NCBI GenBank assembly: GCA_000165345.1
Contig: CM000436.1
Location: forward strand, 832,001 to 896,000
Direction of reading: 5' to 3'
Length of the DNA: 64,000 nucleotides
Every line of letters begins with the position of its first letter. Positions within the stretch are counted from its first letter, which is position 1. Under the pieces are notes generated by a model. That model was not told where the DNA came from. It was given only the letters and a program-made list of their open reading frames with translations, and made no database searches. A program made the position numbers and the translations under genes. Shown here one piece after another: positions 21,334 to 32,525 of this stretch.

Positions 21334-23277
21334 CTATTCATCATAGAAAAATGTATCTGGCCACAAATTCATAATAGGCTCAAGTCTCAGCTCTAACACA
21401 CTTGTTGGCAGAGTCAAAGAAAAATTGTTTAATACTTTAGGGTGAATAACGCCCATAATCCCAATAACAACTTGCTCATTTAACATTGTTTTTTCAATGT
21501 CAATACTCTTTAAACAGCTATTAAGTTCTACTTTTTGAATGGTAATTTTAACACTTCTAGTCGGTAGAAAAGAGGGGTCATTGACTTCGGAAAGTGAATA
21601 CATACCAATAATATTTGGGTGTATTGAATTGGGTTCATTAAGTGAATATTCTGCAACAAGACCCAGTTTACTTAGTAATTGGTCGAGAAATCCGTGAATC
21701 TCCTCAAGCCCACTACCGCTTGAATTACAATATGCTATTGACACTCGTTTATCATTCCTTGATCCGGATGGAGTATTATTATCCAAAATTACAACATCGC
21801 CCACTTCAAATATCTTTTGTGGTAGAGGCAAACTTTTGTTGGAAGCAATTGTTTTCAATAAAGATTGAATAAGTGTTGTTCTTAAGATTTCAAATTCACT
21901 TGTTTTTGCATCCTTAACTACAACTGGAGGGCAATTCAAGTTGTACTGTACCTCACTCTCGAATAAATTCTTTAACTTAATATTCTCAGTTCTAAATAAG
22001 CTTTCAAAGCAATCAGAGTGTTTGCAAAGAGCCCAGTTTAAAGACTCCGAAATTCCTAAAAGAGAGAGTTCACGTTTAACTTGTTCTGCCATCAAGCTTG
22101 ATTTATCAAGTTCGTAAAAACGTGACTTTTTCAACTCAATGTTATTAAACCCAAAAGAAATTCCAATATCTTCAATTATATCAACAGGATGTAATATATC
22201 TGATCTGTTAATTGGAACAAAACACTTCAAAGATTCACTGTCTTTAATAATTTCTGAGTCTATCATCATTTTGCGAAGCAAACTCTGAGTAACTATTGGA
22301 TCTAGAATTGGGTTGATACCAAGTAGATTTGATGCTTCAGATGCTTTAACCACAAATTCTAACCTCTCTAAATTCGGAGTTACCACATGATAATTACCAT
22401 TTGCTAAAACCTCGTATTTATGCGGAAATGGAGGATAGGTCGAATGTTCGTATTCAACCTTAACAGGTTCAATCTCAAATTTATTTTTACAATACATTGA
22501 GAAAGAAGAAACGATTTGGTTTAAGACTATGGATGCTCTACTATAGTCTGTTGCGGTTACTTCAATAAAAACGTTTTTTGTATTTAATGTGATTTTGCTT
22601 TGACTACCATTTATTAGTGGAGGAACTGATAATACAATTCCATTAGAATCGGTAACAACAGGCAAAAATATTTCGTTTTCCACCAGTGAGACATATTTTT
22701 TTAGCTGCTGATGTTTGTTAAGTAAATCTAATAGTTGGTTTCCATCAACCTCCGTTGAGCCAATCAAAGGTACAAATTTAATTTCACTGTGTGGTTTTGC
22801 ATCATAATAAAATGGGCCTTCAATCATATCAAGATCATGGGTACCAATTGATACCAAAGATCTCTTTCTGCAAATATTATTATGTAATTTTTCTTGGTAA
22901 TCGATAAAACTCTTATAAACATCTTCATTGAAGCTAAGATCTCTTAATATTGCGCATAAAATAAAGGGTCGTACTCTTGCTACATTTCTCTTTACAATGA
23001 TCTTTTGATCATTCCCCTTGGGTTTCAAATTAAATAAAGGAATATTTGAGTTTCCTATAAAACAACCTAATGCAATTACAAGACCCTCTAAGCAGAGAAT
23101 ATCAGGTCTATTTGCAGGTATTTCAATTTTTGCTACATTATCTTTTATTTCCTCATCGAACTCTATACAATCCAATTCCAGACCAAAGTTGAAGCAAACC
23201 TCATCTAACCACTCGCTGGTTACCTCCTTATTTAAATAAGAAGAAAGCAATCTTGTACTTACTGATATAACGGGCAT
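21334..23277 (-). CDS. phenylalanyl-tRNA synthetase beta subunit (cytosolic type)
   Basis: The N-terminus MPVISVSTRLLSSYL...EWLDEVCFNFGLELD and overall length fit eukaryotic FARSB. The track start at 23331 is a GTG. The first ATG is at 23277. Confidence 0.85.
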   Translation of the reverse strand: MPVISVSTRLLSSYLNKEVTSEWLDEVCFNFGLELDCIEFDEEIKDNVAKIEIPANRPDILCLEGLVIALGCFIGNSNIPLFNLKPKGNDQKIIVKRNVARVRPFILCAILRDLSFNEDVYKSFIDYQEKLHNNICRKRSLVSIGTHDLDMIEGPFYYDAKPHSEIKFVPLIGSTEVDGNQLLDLLNKHQQLKKYVSLVENEIFLPVVTDSNGIVLSVPPLINGSQSKITLNTKNVFIEVTATDYSRASIVLNQIVSSFSMYCKNKFEIEPVKVEYEHSTYPPFPHKYEVLANGNYHVVTPNLERLEFVVKASEASNLLGINPILDPIVTQSLLRKMMIDSEIIKDSESLKCFVPINRSDILHPVDIIEDIGISFGFNNIELKKSRFYELDKSSLMAEQVKRELSLLGISESLNWALCKHSDCFESLFRTENIKLKNLFESEVQYNLNCPPVVVKDAKTSEFEILRTTLIQSLLKTIASNKSLPLPQKIFEVGDVVILDNNTPSGSRNDKRVSIAYCNSSGSGLEEIHGFLDQLLSKLGLVAEYSLNEPNSIHPNIIGMYSLSEVNDPSFLPTRSVKITIQKVELNSCLKSIDIEKTMLNEQVVIGIMGVIHPKVLNNFSLTLPTSVLELRLEPIMNLWPDTFFYDE

Positions 23278-23602
23278 CTTAACTGTATACAAACTTAATA
23301 ACTTTGGACACTTAATAAGAGAGAGCGGCACTTTGCAAATAATGAAACTATTTTGAGGTAACAGGGTTTTGTTTCATTTTCTATAACTGTCACATTCAGC
23401 AGGATTTATCATTAGTTACATACCGTCAGCTCCAAATCATCCCAAAGGTATATCAGAAGTTAAAAAAAATACTACTATAGGTGCCAAGACATTAAAATTT
23501 CCCTATCTCCTAAAGAAAGCCGCTAAGCTCCTAGTTTCAATTTGAATTTCTGTATAAATACAAGATTAAAAAGATTCGATGATATTAACCTATATTCATG
23601 AA

Positions 23603-24034
23603 TTAAATATCTTCTATATCTACTCCTTCTGTTTCATCAAACTCAATTCCAACTTCATCGTACCCATCCTCGAAAATATCAGACTCATTGATCTTTGTAG
23701 TTTCAGGAATTTCACCTTTAGATTTCAATGCTCTAGCCTCATCTGGAGTATACTTGAGAATAATATCGCCCTTTGAGTCTTGAAAGTCTCTGAGCGAAAC
23801 TAATACAATATCGCCAGGATTTACCCAAACTTTCTTTCTCATCTTGCCCCTAATATGGCAAAGACGTTTCTGTCCATCAAAGCAATACGCATCAAGTCGT
23901 CCGTTGCCCAACATTCTTTGGACTTGGCCATATTCTTGCCCTTCCTCTTTGAATACTAACTCTCTCTTGTCTCCCTCACTGTCATTTTTCCCTCTCCTAC
24001 GATTTTTACCTCCTTTTCCTTTATTCTTCGGCAT
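23603..24034 (-). CDS. translation initiation factor eIF1A
   Basis: [17 protein letters not shown]...[31 protein letters not shown]...[29 protein letters not shown] is a near-canonical eIF1A OB fold with an acidic tail. Confidence 0.9.
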   Translation of the reverse strand: MPKNKGKGGKNRRRGKNDSEGDKRELVFKEEGQEYGQVQRMLGNGRLDAYCFDGQKRLCHIRGKMRKKVWVNPGDIVLVSLRDFQDSKGDIILKYTPDEARALKSKGEIPETTKINESDIFEDGYDEVGIEFDETEGVDIEDI

Positions 24035-24341
24035 AATTTTTGGGAGAAAAAATCAAGTATATATTAGCAAAATAATTTATCTTTGCTTTATTTTACTCGA
24101 TATATATAATACTGTATTAATGTAATAATTCAAAAAATTATGTGTTAGTTGATTTCTTAATTTAAATTAAATTTATAAATAATTTTAACTAGTTAAATAT
24201 TTGTACAAATATAATTTTCTTAATTATATTAATAAATTTTTGTTAAATATTAATAAAATATATAAATTAATTTTGAAATTGGACGCCAAAAAAAATATAA
24301 CGGGGTCGCAAATATACGGTAAATTTTAAAGATTTCAAATT

Positions 24342-25292
24342 ATGGAAATATTTGAAAAAAAAATTAACTTTAATACTCTACCACTCAATAAAGTAAGAAG
24401 ATGGATATCCTCAAAAACTGAACAAATTCTTGGAAAAGAAGATGAAATATTTATAGATTATTGCATTAACCAACTTGTATATAAGATTAGAAAGTCTGCA
24501 GCAGAAGAAGAATTACAAATATCGCCTAATGAGCTCATTAAGAATATTGAAGGATTTCTAGGTGAAAGAGCAATTGAATTTGTTAGTGAATTATGGGAAT
24601 ATATATCAAAATTCTCAGGAAATCCCATTAAAATTAAGTCAAGCAAAAACCATATCTCACCAAGAAATGTTGCAATAAAAAAAAATATTTTGCGTTCAAG
24701 TGATATATATAATAGAGATAAAAACAGTCTGATCACAAAAAATTCAAACATTAATAAAGAGATTGCATGCTGTCACATTTATAAAGGCAATGCAAGCTAT
24801 ATAAGTGCTATGAATAATACTGAAGATAGCTCAAAATTCATTCCATTAACTTCTAGGCATTCAAAAGAAAACAAAAGAGCTAGGTCTCTTAGTAGATCAT
24901 TATCTCCGGATCTATATGAATCATATGGCATTAAAAGTTATAAATATGAGAAAATACAAAAAATGGAAGAAAATTCAATTATAGGTGGAATAAGTTGCTC
25001 AAAAGTTTATACGAATAAATCTGAAAAGAAAAGCGAAAGGTTTTCTAATATAAATAAATATATAACTTCCATAGATGAAAAAGCTTCTTTTCCCGATATA
25101 AATCCGTTGAATAATTGTCAAACTGCTCTCGCGGCTCCAACTTCTGAAAAAATGCAAGAGCATAATCTGAGGATGAAAGCATTAGAACTGTTTAAACGAA
25201 AAAATCAAGCAAAAAATTTTAGATCAGAATCCGAAGAAATTCTGCGAGCTCGTGCTATTGAAAAATTTATAAAAAAGAAACCAAAAAATTAA
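24342..25292 (+). CDS. PWI-domain protein (SRm160/SRRM1-like splicing-associated)
   Basis: The N-terminal PWI signature is present (VRRWISSKTEQILGKEDEIFIDYCINQL...FLGERAIEFVSELWEYI). The C-terminus is Ser/Arg/Lys-rich. Confidence 0.7.
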   Translation: MEIFEKKINFNTLPLNKVRRWISSKTEQILGKEDEIFIDYCINQLVYKIRKSAAEEELQISPNELIKNIEGFLGERAIEFVSELWEYISKFSGNPIKIKSSKNHISPRNVAIKKNILRSSDIYNRDKNSLITKNSNINKEIACCHIYKGNASYISAMNNTEDSSKFIPLTSRHSKENKRARSLSRSLSPDLYESYGIKSYKYEKIQKMEENSIIGGISCSKVYTNKSEKKSERFSNINKYITSIDEKASFPDINPLNNCQTALAAPTSEKMQEHNLRMKALELFKRKNQAKNFRSESEEILRARAIEKFIKKKPKN

Positions 25293-25485
25293 AAAAATTT
25301 AGTTTCATTATCTCGAGAGTACTAATTTATAAGTTATTCTATTATTGTTTATAATTTTTTCTATAATTCGATAATAAAATTATTATATTCTATGTTTTTT
25401 CTAGAAAAAGTTGTAATTCTTTAATTTTTAATAAAAAATAAATATTAGGGGACTCCATATTTATGATATAATTTAAAACTGTCCC

Positions 25486-28149
25486 ATGTATTGGATTAGA
25501 TGGTTCATCTTTCTATTTATCATATATTCTTCAAGTAGAGACGTGGAAACAAAACCTGGAATTTCGGCATCACATGGTAAAATTATTATTTCCAGCACAA
25601 ATCACCAGTACGACCATAGTCAATTATCTTCAACCTCAAATGGAGTAAATGGAAGAACATTCATTCATGATAAAGGTTTAAATACCCAACCAAGGATTGA
25701 GCCTCCAATTTCTCCTAAGTTGTTGTGTCCAAAGGGTTACGATTTGGTTGATGAGAGTTGTTTTTTTTCTCATATTATTCCTGCAAACATTGAGTGTCCG
25801 GAGGGGTTTGAAGTACTTAAAACAGACCTTAGTGTAGAATGTATACACAAAACCTTAGTATCTGCGCAATTCAATTGCAAGAATGGAACTCCTCCAAAAA
25901 TATTGGATAATAACGCATATTGTCCAACAGAAATAACCGAGAGCCCATCAATAAATTGTCCTTCAGGTACTTTTCAGAAAGAAAATCAATGCATTGTTAT
26001 TGAATCAAAACCTCCAACTTTGAAATGTTTGGATGGTTTTTCTTTGGATAACAATTCTAATTGCAAACAAGTCATTGAATTAAAGCCTTTACTAAACTGC
26101 CCTCCAGATACAGTATTAGAACAAACAACGATGACGTGCGTTACAAAAGTTATTGTAGAACCTTTAGAGGTGTGCCCACCTGGAGCAGTCCCAGTCAAAT
26201 CCAGGGATCTTTCAGACATTAAAGGGTTACTGAACAGGATAGCAATAAATAACGATAATAAATTCAGAAGTTTGCAAGAAATCCCCACATTGGGATCTCT
26301 TGATAAATACAAAAATAATTTATCTTCAGTCGAAGATAATATAAATAATTCTCAAAAAGATAGAAGTTCTTTTAATTATTTTAATGAACAGAAGTATAAC
26401 AATAACAAGTTAGGAAATAAAGATTTTAATAACGAAAATAAAATTATTAACCCTGGATCAGGTAATATTAATGGCCAAATTAAATTGCCATCTAATACCT
26501 CAGATAAAAATAAAACAAATAATTCGGATTCTGTTTCAAATGTACGAGAACAGTTTTATGAAAATGAGAGGCCTATTGGGGTAAATCTTGGTCAGATTGA
26601 TACATTTTATCAGGCACTGTATGATTCAAGTAGAGACTTGAAAAATAATGGTGGAATAATTAATGAATCATTAATTGGAGATGAAATAGTATGTTTAGTG
26701 CTTCAGTTTACAAACCCGAAGGTAGAGTGTCCTCCAGGACTTAGTCTTGGTGAAGATGGAATTTGCGTTCATTCAGATATATTCACACCTAAAAAAACTT
26801 GTGAAGGCGGAATCGAGCCTGATAGTGATAATATGTGCGTAGTAGAAAAGTTACTTCCCGCAGAGGTTGAATGCCCAAAAGATTTTACCTTAGAAATTAT
26901 AACAGGTATGTGCATAAAAAGAGAAATAGAAGAACTTATTTGTCCGGAAGGAACAATATTAAATAGATCCTCACTGAAATGCGAATCTGATCCCAAATGC
27001 CCCGAAGGATTTACTTTGAATAACTCAACTATCAGTTGCGAATATGAGAAATCAGTACCTCCTCATCAGAAGTGTCCTGAAGGGACTGAATATGAAGAAT
27101 CTTCTAGCTCCTGTAAGGTGAAGGACGCACAGCTACCATTAATCATGTGCCCAGAGGGTTATGAACAAAGAGGGGATGATTGCATTTTAGATAAAAGAAT
27201 CCCTGCTTCTTATTACTGCCCACCAGATTATTACCAGACAAATAAAAATGATTGTGTTAAATGGTACCAGGATTACTTGCTTCAATGCCCTCCATTTTTA
27301 GACCTCAAGGATGAGATATTTGCTTATAGAACCGATCTAATTCCTCCGCCTGCGGCTGGGAGAGGACCTGTCCTTCCATATGTGGAATTTGGAAGAAGAT
27401 TACAGAAAATTTCTTACGAAAACTTTAGTCAATTTTCGGAACAAAGAAATATAGATCAAACTAAAAATATTAAAAATAGAAATGGGGTTGTCAATCTCAA
27501 AAACACTAATAGTATGAATTCAAGAAAACAATATGATGACTTGAGTTCATCAACTCCTATTGTAATAAGAAGTTCAAAAACTAGAGGGATGGTCTGTTTT
27601 GGATGGGGAAAAAGATATAAAATGATTGTAAATTGTCCTGAAGGAACTATTTTGTTAAATGAGAAATGTATTGAAACCAAGTTAACTTCACCACAATTTT
27701 TCTGCACAAAAGGTTATACATTTAATGAACTTGACTCAACGTGTATATATGAAGAAAAAGTTAATCCAAACATAGAGTGTCCTGCATATATGAACTTAAC
27801 GTTCGCTAGTACTGGATCCCCTATTTGTATTGGAAGCAGGAGGGAGCCTGCAGAAGTAAATTGTCCTGAAGGATTTGAATGGTTATCCGAAACATTGAAC
27901 TGCCAATCACAGGAATTTTCACAGCCAAGAATTACATGTATTAAAGGGTATTCAATTGTAAAAGAAAGTACTGGGACTTTTTGTAAAAGAACTGATTCGA
28001 TCAAGCCCACACCTAGCTGCCCACCAGAATATAGATACGACGACTTGAATAAAATTTGTATTTACGAAGTAAAACTTCATGAAGTGAGAGAACGAGATGA
28101 AAACTTAAGAAATTCAATTACAAACATTAGAACAAATCTGAATTTATAA
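25486..28149 (+). CDS. secreted cysteine-rich protein with repeated CP-x-G modules (oocyst-wall-protein/COWP-like) and a central Asn/Lys-rich low-complexity insert
   Basis: The N-terminus MYWIRWFIFLFIIYSS is signal-peptide-like. More than 14 spaced repeats of C-P-[EPS]-G-[FY]... are present, each followed by further Cys at regular spacing. Examples are CPKGYDL, CPEGFEV, CPSGTFQ, CPPDTVL, CPPGAVP, CPPGLSL, CPEGTIL, CPEGFTL, CPEGTEY, CPEGYEQ, CPPDYYQ and CPEGFEW. Confidence 0.6.
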   Translation: MYWIRWFIFLFIIYSSSRDVETKPGISASHGKIIISSTNHQYDHSQLSSTSNGVNGRTFIHDKGLNTQPRIEPPISPKLLCPKGYDLVDESCFFSHIIPANIECPEGFEVLKTDLSVECIHKTLVSAQFNCKNGTPPKILDNNAYCPTEITESPSINCPSGTFQKENQCIVIESKPPTLKCLDGFSLDNNSNCKQVIELKPLLNCPPDTVLEQTTMTCVTKVIVEPLEVCPPGAVPVKSRDLSDIKGLLNRIAINNDNKFRSLQEIPTLGSLDKYKNNLSSVEDNINNSQKDRSSFNYFNEQKYNNNKLGNKDFNNENKIINPGSGNINGQIKLPSNTSDKNKTNNSDSVSNVREQFYENERPIGVNLGQIDTFYQALYDSSRDLKNNGGIINESLIGDEIVCLVLQFTNPKVECPPGLSLGEDGICVHSDIFTPKKTCEGGIEPDSDNMCVVEKLLPAEVECPKDFTLEIITGMCIKREIEELICPEGTILNRSSLKCESDPKCPEGFTLNNSTISCEYEKSVPPHQKCPEGTEYEESSSSCKVKDAQLPLIMCPEGYEQRGDDCILDKRIPASYYCPPDYYQTNKNDCVKWYQDYLLQCPPFLDLKDEIFAYRTDLIPPPAAGRGPVLPYVEFGRRLQKISYENFSQFSEQRNIDQTKNIKNRNGVVNLKNTNSMNSRKQYDDLSSSTPIVIRSSKTRGMVCFGWGKRYKMIVNCPEGTILLNEKCIETKLTSPQFFCTKGYTFNELDSTCIYEEKVNPNIECPAYMNLTFASTGSPICIGSRREPAEVNCPEGFEWLSETLNCQSQEFSQPRITCIKGYSIVKESTGTFCKRTDSIKPTPSCPPEYRYDDLNKICIYEVKLHEVRERDENLRNSITNIRTNLNL

Positions 28150-28151
28150 AA

Positions 28152-29933
28152 TTAATTCAAGATAGGATTTTTTTTTCCATTTTTAGATAATTTTTCTAAT
28201 CTTTCTATTTCCAATCTAAAAAATTGTTCAAGTCTATTTTTTGAAAGCTTTTCCTCACCATTCATTAGAGCCTGGACTCTCGCAAGCATAATCCAAGTAT
28301 GCAATGAACTTGCATGAATTAAATTGCAGATATTTGATTTTTGCCTAATATTCACAAATGTTTCCGCGATATAATCTTGTGTTTGCTCATCAAATTCTAA
28401 CATATCAACACAACTGCCTACAATAGAAATAAACAACTTTAAAACAAAGGAGAAGTTTGCTTCAGAACAATTAGGAACCAAGTTTCCAGATTTATTCCGG
28501 GGATTCAAAATACCATTATTTTCTTCAGCATATTTGGCATTCAAACTAATCGAAAGATTACTTTTATTTGCAAAAATACTCTTTTCATTACTAGTTAAAA
28601 TGATGTAGTTTGATTCAGTCTTTATCGGGACTTTGTAGTTCGTAAAACCATAGTTCACATATCCGAAATTAGTCAGTAATGAAATATTGGAAATATTTTC
28701 CAAGCCTTTTTCAGACAATTTTCCATCTTCAAGAGAAGTTTCATTAATTACGATTAAGTTTCTCAAAAGTGGAACTTGAAGAATCCCCGTAACAAATCTG
28801 TCCTCTTCAACATCAAAATATGGGGTTAAACGACCATTATTCAGGGTTGAAATATCGGCATTTATCCAATTTAATCTTGGAAAGTGGTTCAACAAAAATG
28901 AATTTAGTCTTTCAACAAACTCTTTATTACACATAGATATATGCAATACAATCTGAGGTAATTTTGAAATACAGTCTGAGACATTTTCTTCATATGCATT
29001 AAACTCTAACTTTTGCCTACTACATATACATAACAAAATATACTCGGATAATAAATAGTTTCCATCACAAATTTCATTAGCAATATGTTCAATAGAGATA
29101 TTGTATAAGTCTGAAATACCATTTAAATTAGGGCATTTATATTTTACTAATCTTTCAAGAAGCTTGCAAGTTCTAGATGGAGAATAAAACTCCCCGAGAA
29201 ACCCATAATATTCTATTTCCTTGCAGAAAATCGAAGAAAAGTTTGATATACGCTTAAAGGAAATGGCGTGTAGCACAAGTTTTCTTTGAGTTCTTTGGCT
29301 TAACTTGATTAATTTGCTATTGTATAGCTTCTCTTCCATCTTAGATAAATACTCGAAATTGTCTAAATCTTGGAGTTCAACGGTAGTTAATATTTCTAAA
29401 AGTTCATTAATTTTTAGTTTGTTTGTAGTTCCTTGATCAATTTTTAATTTACTTGTAGTGTCAATCATGTAATCAAAGAAAGCCTTTCTAGTTTCAACTT
29501 CAATTGAAGAAGTGCACTCAGGTAATTCTACGCTAAAATCGTAAGTCTTTACTATACATTCATCAAACTTGTGATAAACATTTGAAAAATAGTCTTGATC
29601 GTTTTCTACAAAGTTGTGATTCCAATGTAATCTATTTTCGAACGGAATTGGCACAAATCTGTATACGTTTCTGAAGCTATAGCTGTTCCCGTTACTTCGG
29701 TTCTTTCGAGCCAAATTATTGCAACCATAAAAAATATCAGAACTTGCAGGGCTTCCATGGTCAAGGTCCTCATCTGAGATGAATAGTTCTTGCTCTTGAA
29801 AATACTCAATCATTCCCCTAGCTATAAAATAGCCCTTTATGGGCTGTTTAATTTTTTCATCAGAGATTAGCCTATTTATGTCGCATTTTCCATAATTTAA
29901 TTGTTCAACAAATTTATTTAATAAATTTAACAT
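28152..29933 (-). CDS. MCM-binding protein (MCMBP)-like
   Basis: Two segments align to human MCMBP. VYRFVPIPFENRLHWNHNFVEN matches FYCVPVPGESTWVKEAYVNAN. ILQVPLLRNLIVINETSLEDGKLSEKGLENISNISLLTNFGYVNYGF matches [46 protein letters not shown]. Confidence 0.6.
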   Translation of the reverse strand: MLNLLNKFVEQLNYGKCDINRLISDEKIKQPIKGYFIARGMIEYFQEQELFISDEDLDHGSPASSDIFYGCNNLARKNRSNGNSYSFRNVYRFVPIPFENRLHWNHNFVENDQDYFSNVYHKFDECIVKTYDFSVELPECTSSIEVETRKAFFDYMIDTTSKLKIDQGTTNKLKINELLEILTTVELQDLDNFEYLSKMEEKLYNSKLIKLSQRTQRKLVLHAISFKRISNFSSIFCKEIEYYGFLGEFYSPSRTCKLLERLVKYKCPNLNGISDLYNISIEHIANEICDGNYLLSEYILLCICSRQKLEFNAYEENVSDCISKLPQIVLHISMCNKEFVERLNSFLLNHFPRLNWINADISTLNNGRLTPYFDVEEDRFVTGILQVPLLRNLIVINETSLEDGKLSEKGLENISNISLLTNFGYVNYGFTNYKVPIKTESNYIILTSNEKSIFANKSNLSISLNAKYAEENNGILNPRNKSGNLVPNCSEANFSFVLKLFISIVGSCVDMLEFDEQTQDYIAETFVNIRQKSNICNLIHASSLHTWIMLARVQALMNGEEKLSKNRLEQFFRLEIERLEKLSKNGKKNPILN

Positions 29934-30333
29934 TTATTTCTGAATATTTAGTACTCAAACATGAAAAAAACAATATAGGTAGCAGCGAAGAATAATCTAA
30001 TTAAAATGTTTGGCAGATAGCAAAATCAATAAAAAGTATATCAAGTACTAACATGTTCAAATTCAGCATGTCAATTTGGGATGATCAAATTATAAGTAAA
30101 ATACCGGTATGTAGGGCGTCTTGTCTTTATATGAGACGGTCGCCATAATTAACACTTGTATAGAGACGAAAGCGTAGTCGCATTTTTTGAACAACATAGC
30201 TTGAAAAGAAATTGTGTAAAGTTGATCTTAAGACAAATTAGCTCGAGTTGTATGCGAATTTTGTCGTACATTATTGCAGTAAATTGTTACACATTGGCGA
30301 TTTTTCTCTATTCTGTCTCTTTGACGAGAGAAA

Positions 30334-31776
30334 ATGGATCCGCTGTCTGCTAATCCTCGTAAGTTTAAAGTTTATGGGTGTGAGTAATATAAATTGTGTA
30401 GTTAAAATTGCCAACCTTGGTTGGTTCAATTTTCTCTGATCAAGTTAAGATTGATCTAATAGAGTGAGTGATGGTAATTTTTGCGAGTCCTCAGCCATAC
30501 ATTCAATTTGACGTTTCTACTGTAATTTATTATTCATACCTTTCTTCTTTTACTTGATTTATTAAATAATTTAGGCAAAGTTTTTGTCGGAAATTTACCA
30601 CCAGGCTATGCTGAACAGGATTTGAAAGATTTTTTTTCCAAGGTTGGTGAAATAAAAAAATTAGAGCTCAAGCAAAGGTTCTGCTTTATTGAATATGAAG
30701 ATGAAACACAGGCAGAAGCAGCTCACCGAGAATTAGATGGGGTTGAATTTGGAGGACAAGTTATTGCTGTTCAACCTCACGATCCAATGGTTAGAAATAA
30801 GGAGACAAATGCTGCTAATAAGCCCCAATATAATCGACCATTACCTTCTGATGGTCGAGGGCCTCCAAGAAAACACTTTCGTGTATGCGTTTTTAACTTA
30901 GATGATAACGCTTCGTGGAGAGATCTCAAAGATTATGGGAGGCAGATAGGCGAAGTCAATTACTCAGCAGTCTTCCACTATCAAGGGCAGAAAGTTGGAG
31001 TTGTAGAGTATCTAACTGTTGAGGAAATGAAGAGAGCACTAGAAGAGATACCTAATCTACCATTTCTGGGAAAATCTATCCGTGTGGAAGAAGATATTGG
31101 GCAGCTTGACCGTGAACTTGCAGCTGCAAACGGGTACGGCGCTAAGAGAAGATCACCGCCTCCATTCTCATCAGGGCCCTATAATACAGGAGGTAGAGCT
31201 CGCGGAAGATACCCTTCGCCTTCAAGGTTTAGAATGCGCAGCAGGTCTCCCAGACGCGATCCATATGATAGGCGTGAACGCTCTCATCACTATCCTGATG
31301 ACCGATATCGTAGAGGGTATGAAGACCGTATTCCACCACCAAGGGAGGACTACTATAGGAGGGATGAAGTAAGGGGCGGATACCCGGGAGAGAGATACCC
31401 CCCACCCCCATATGAAGACCCTAGAGAAAGATATATGCACGGGTCTGAACGCTTTGATGACAGGTATCCAGGGAGAGCGGTCCCGTTTGATAGGAGAAGC
31501 CCATCTCGCAGTGGAATAGGAGTTGGGCCAATTGGTGGGAATGGTAGTATGAACGTACAAAGGAGTGGCCATTATGGAGGCTCCACCAGAGGCTACTACA
31601 GAGATGATGATCGCGATCGAGAGCGTGATCGAGAGCGTGATCGTAGATCAGCCAATGATCAATATTCTAACTCTTATTATTTAAGGGATGATAGAGATCC
31701 TCCAGGTTCTAGACCATCGGGTGGATACGTATCTAGTGGAGTTCCATCTGGTGGCCGTCCGAACGTTGCATATTAA
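30334..31776 (+). CDS. SR-family splicing factor (SRSF1/ASF-like: RRM, pseudo-RRM with SWRDLKD motif, RS/RD-rich tail), 2 exons: 30334..30358, 30575..31776
   Basis: The 25-nt first exon ATGGATCCGCTGTCTGCTAATCCTC is followed by GTAAGT. The acceptor ...aataatttag lies at 30573-74. The join reads MDPLSANPR|KVFVGNLPPGYAEQDLKDFF..., restoring RNP2 of RRM1. Without exon 1 the frame has no ATG before the RNP1 region, because the track start at 30622 is a TTG. The second domain carries SWRDLKDYGRQIGEV. The tail is RSRSPRR/RDRERDRERDR. Confidence 0.75.
30359..30574 (+). other. intron (216 nt) of SRSF gene
   Basis: GTAAGT donor and TTTAG acceptor. The phase-1 join gives codon CGC (Arg). Confidence 0.7.
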
Positions 31777-32525
31777 TTTCTATTTTACCATTGGACGGTA
31801 CATGGAGAATAATTGGCAATAATTATCGGATTTCTTGTTACTCTCTTGGCGCTTTCGGGGTGGAATAAGTATAATCTTTTAATTGAAAACGGTTGAGCTT
31901 TAATGGAGGTATTAATTAGCTCTAGCCAGTATGGCCAATTTTTTAATTGGGACATTAAAACCTGAATAAAACCATTAATAGATTCCTCATGTTATTACAA
32001 TATAATCGTGAATAAATGGCTTACATTCATATCTTTAATTAAATGCTATTACTAGCTCAGTGTTATCTGTGACTATATAGCTCTTGTTCAGCTGTTTTTC
32101 CCAACAGATTGGTTGATTTAATGCTGCTGAAATTTTATCTCTTTCTCCTTTTACTTGTTAACGTTTACTATAACCTCCTCAATAAGCCTTACGAGTTGTG
32201 GTGGTATTCTGGATATATTTATCTTGTCTACTTAGTGGAGCGGTTGTTATCTTGCCTCTAAGTCGATTTATTTTGTGGTTGAGCTCTGCACTTGTTAGAA
32301 TTCATTGGTGTGGGCATTAATACTGGGTTATTCATGCAATGAAAAATATATTTCTAATTGAGCTAGACGTCAATTGAAATTCAGTAGTGGGGCAACGAGT
32401 CATACATAACATATAACGTAGGTTTGACGACAATAAATCGATAATACTGCGAATATGTACGGAATAAATAGTCTAAAATATTTTCGTATAATTACAGCTT
32501 GTGAATTATTCTTAAAATTAGCTAA

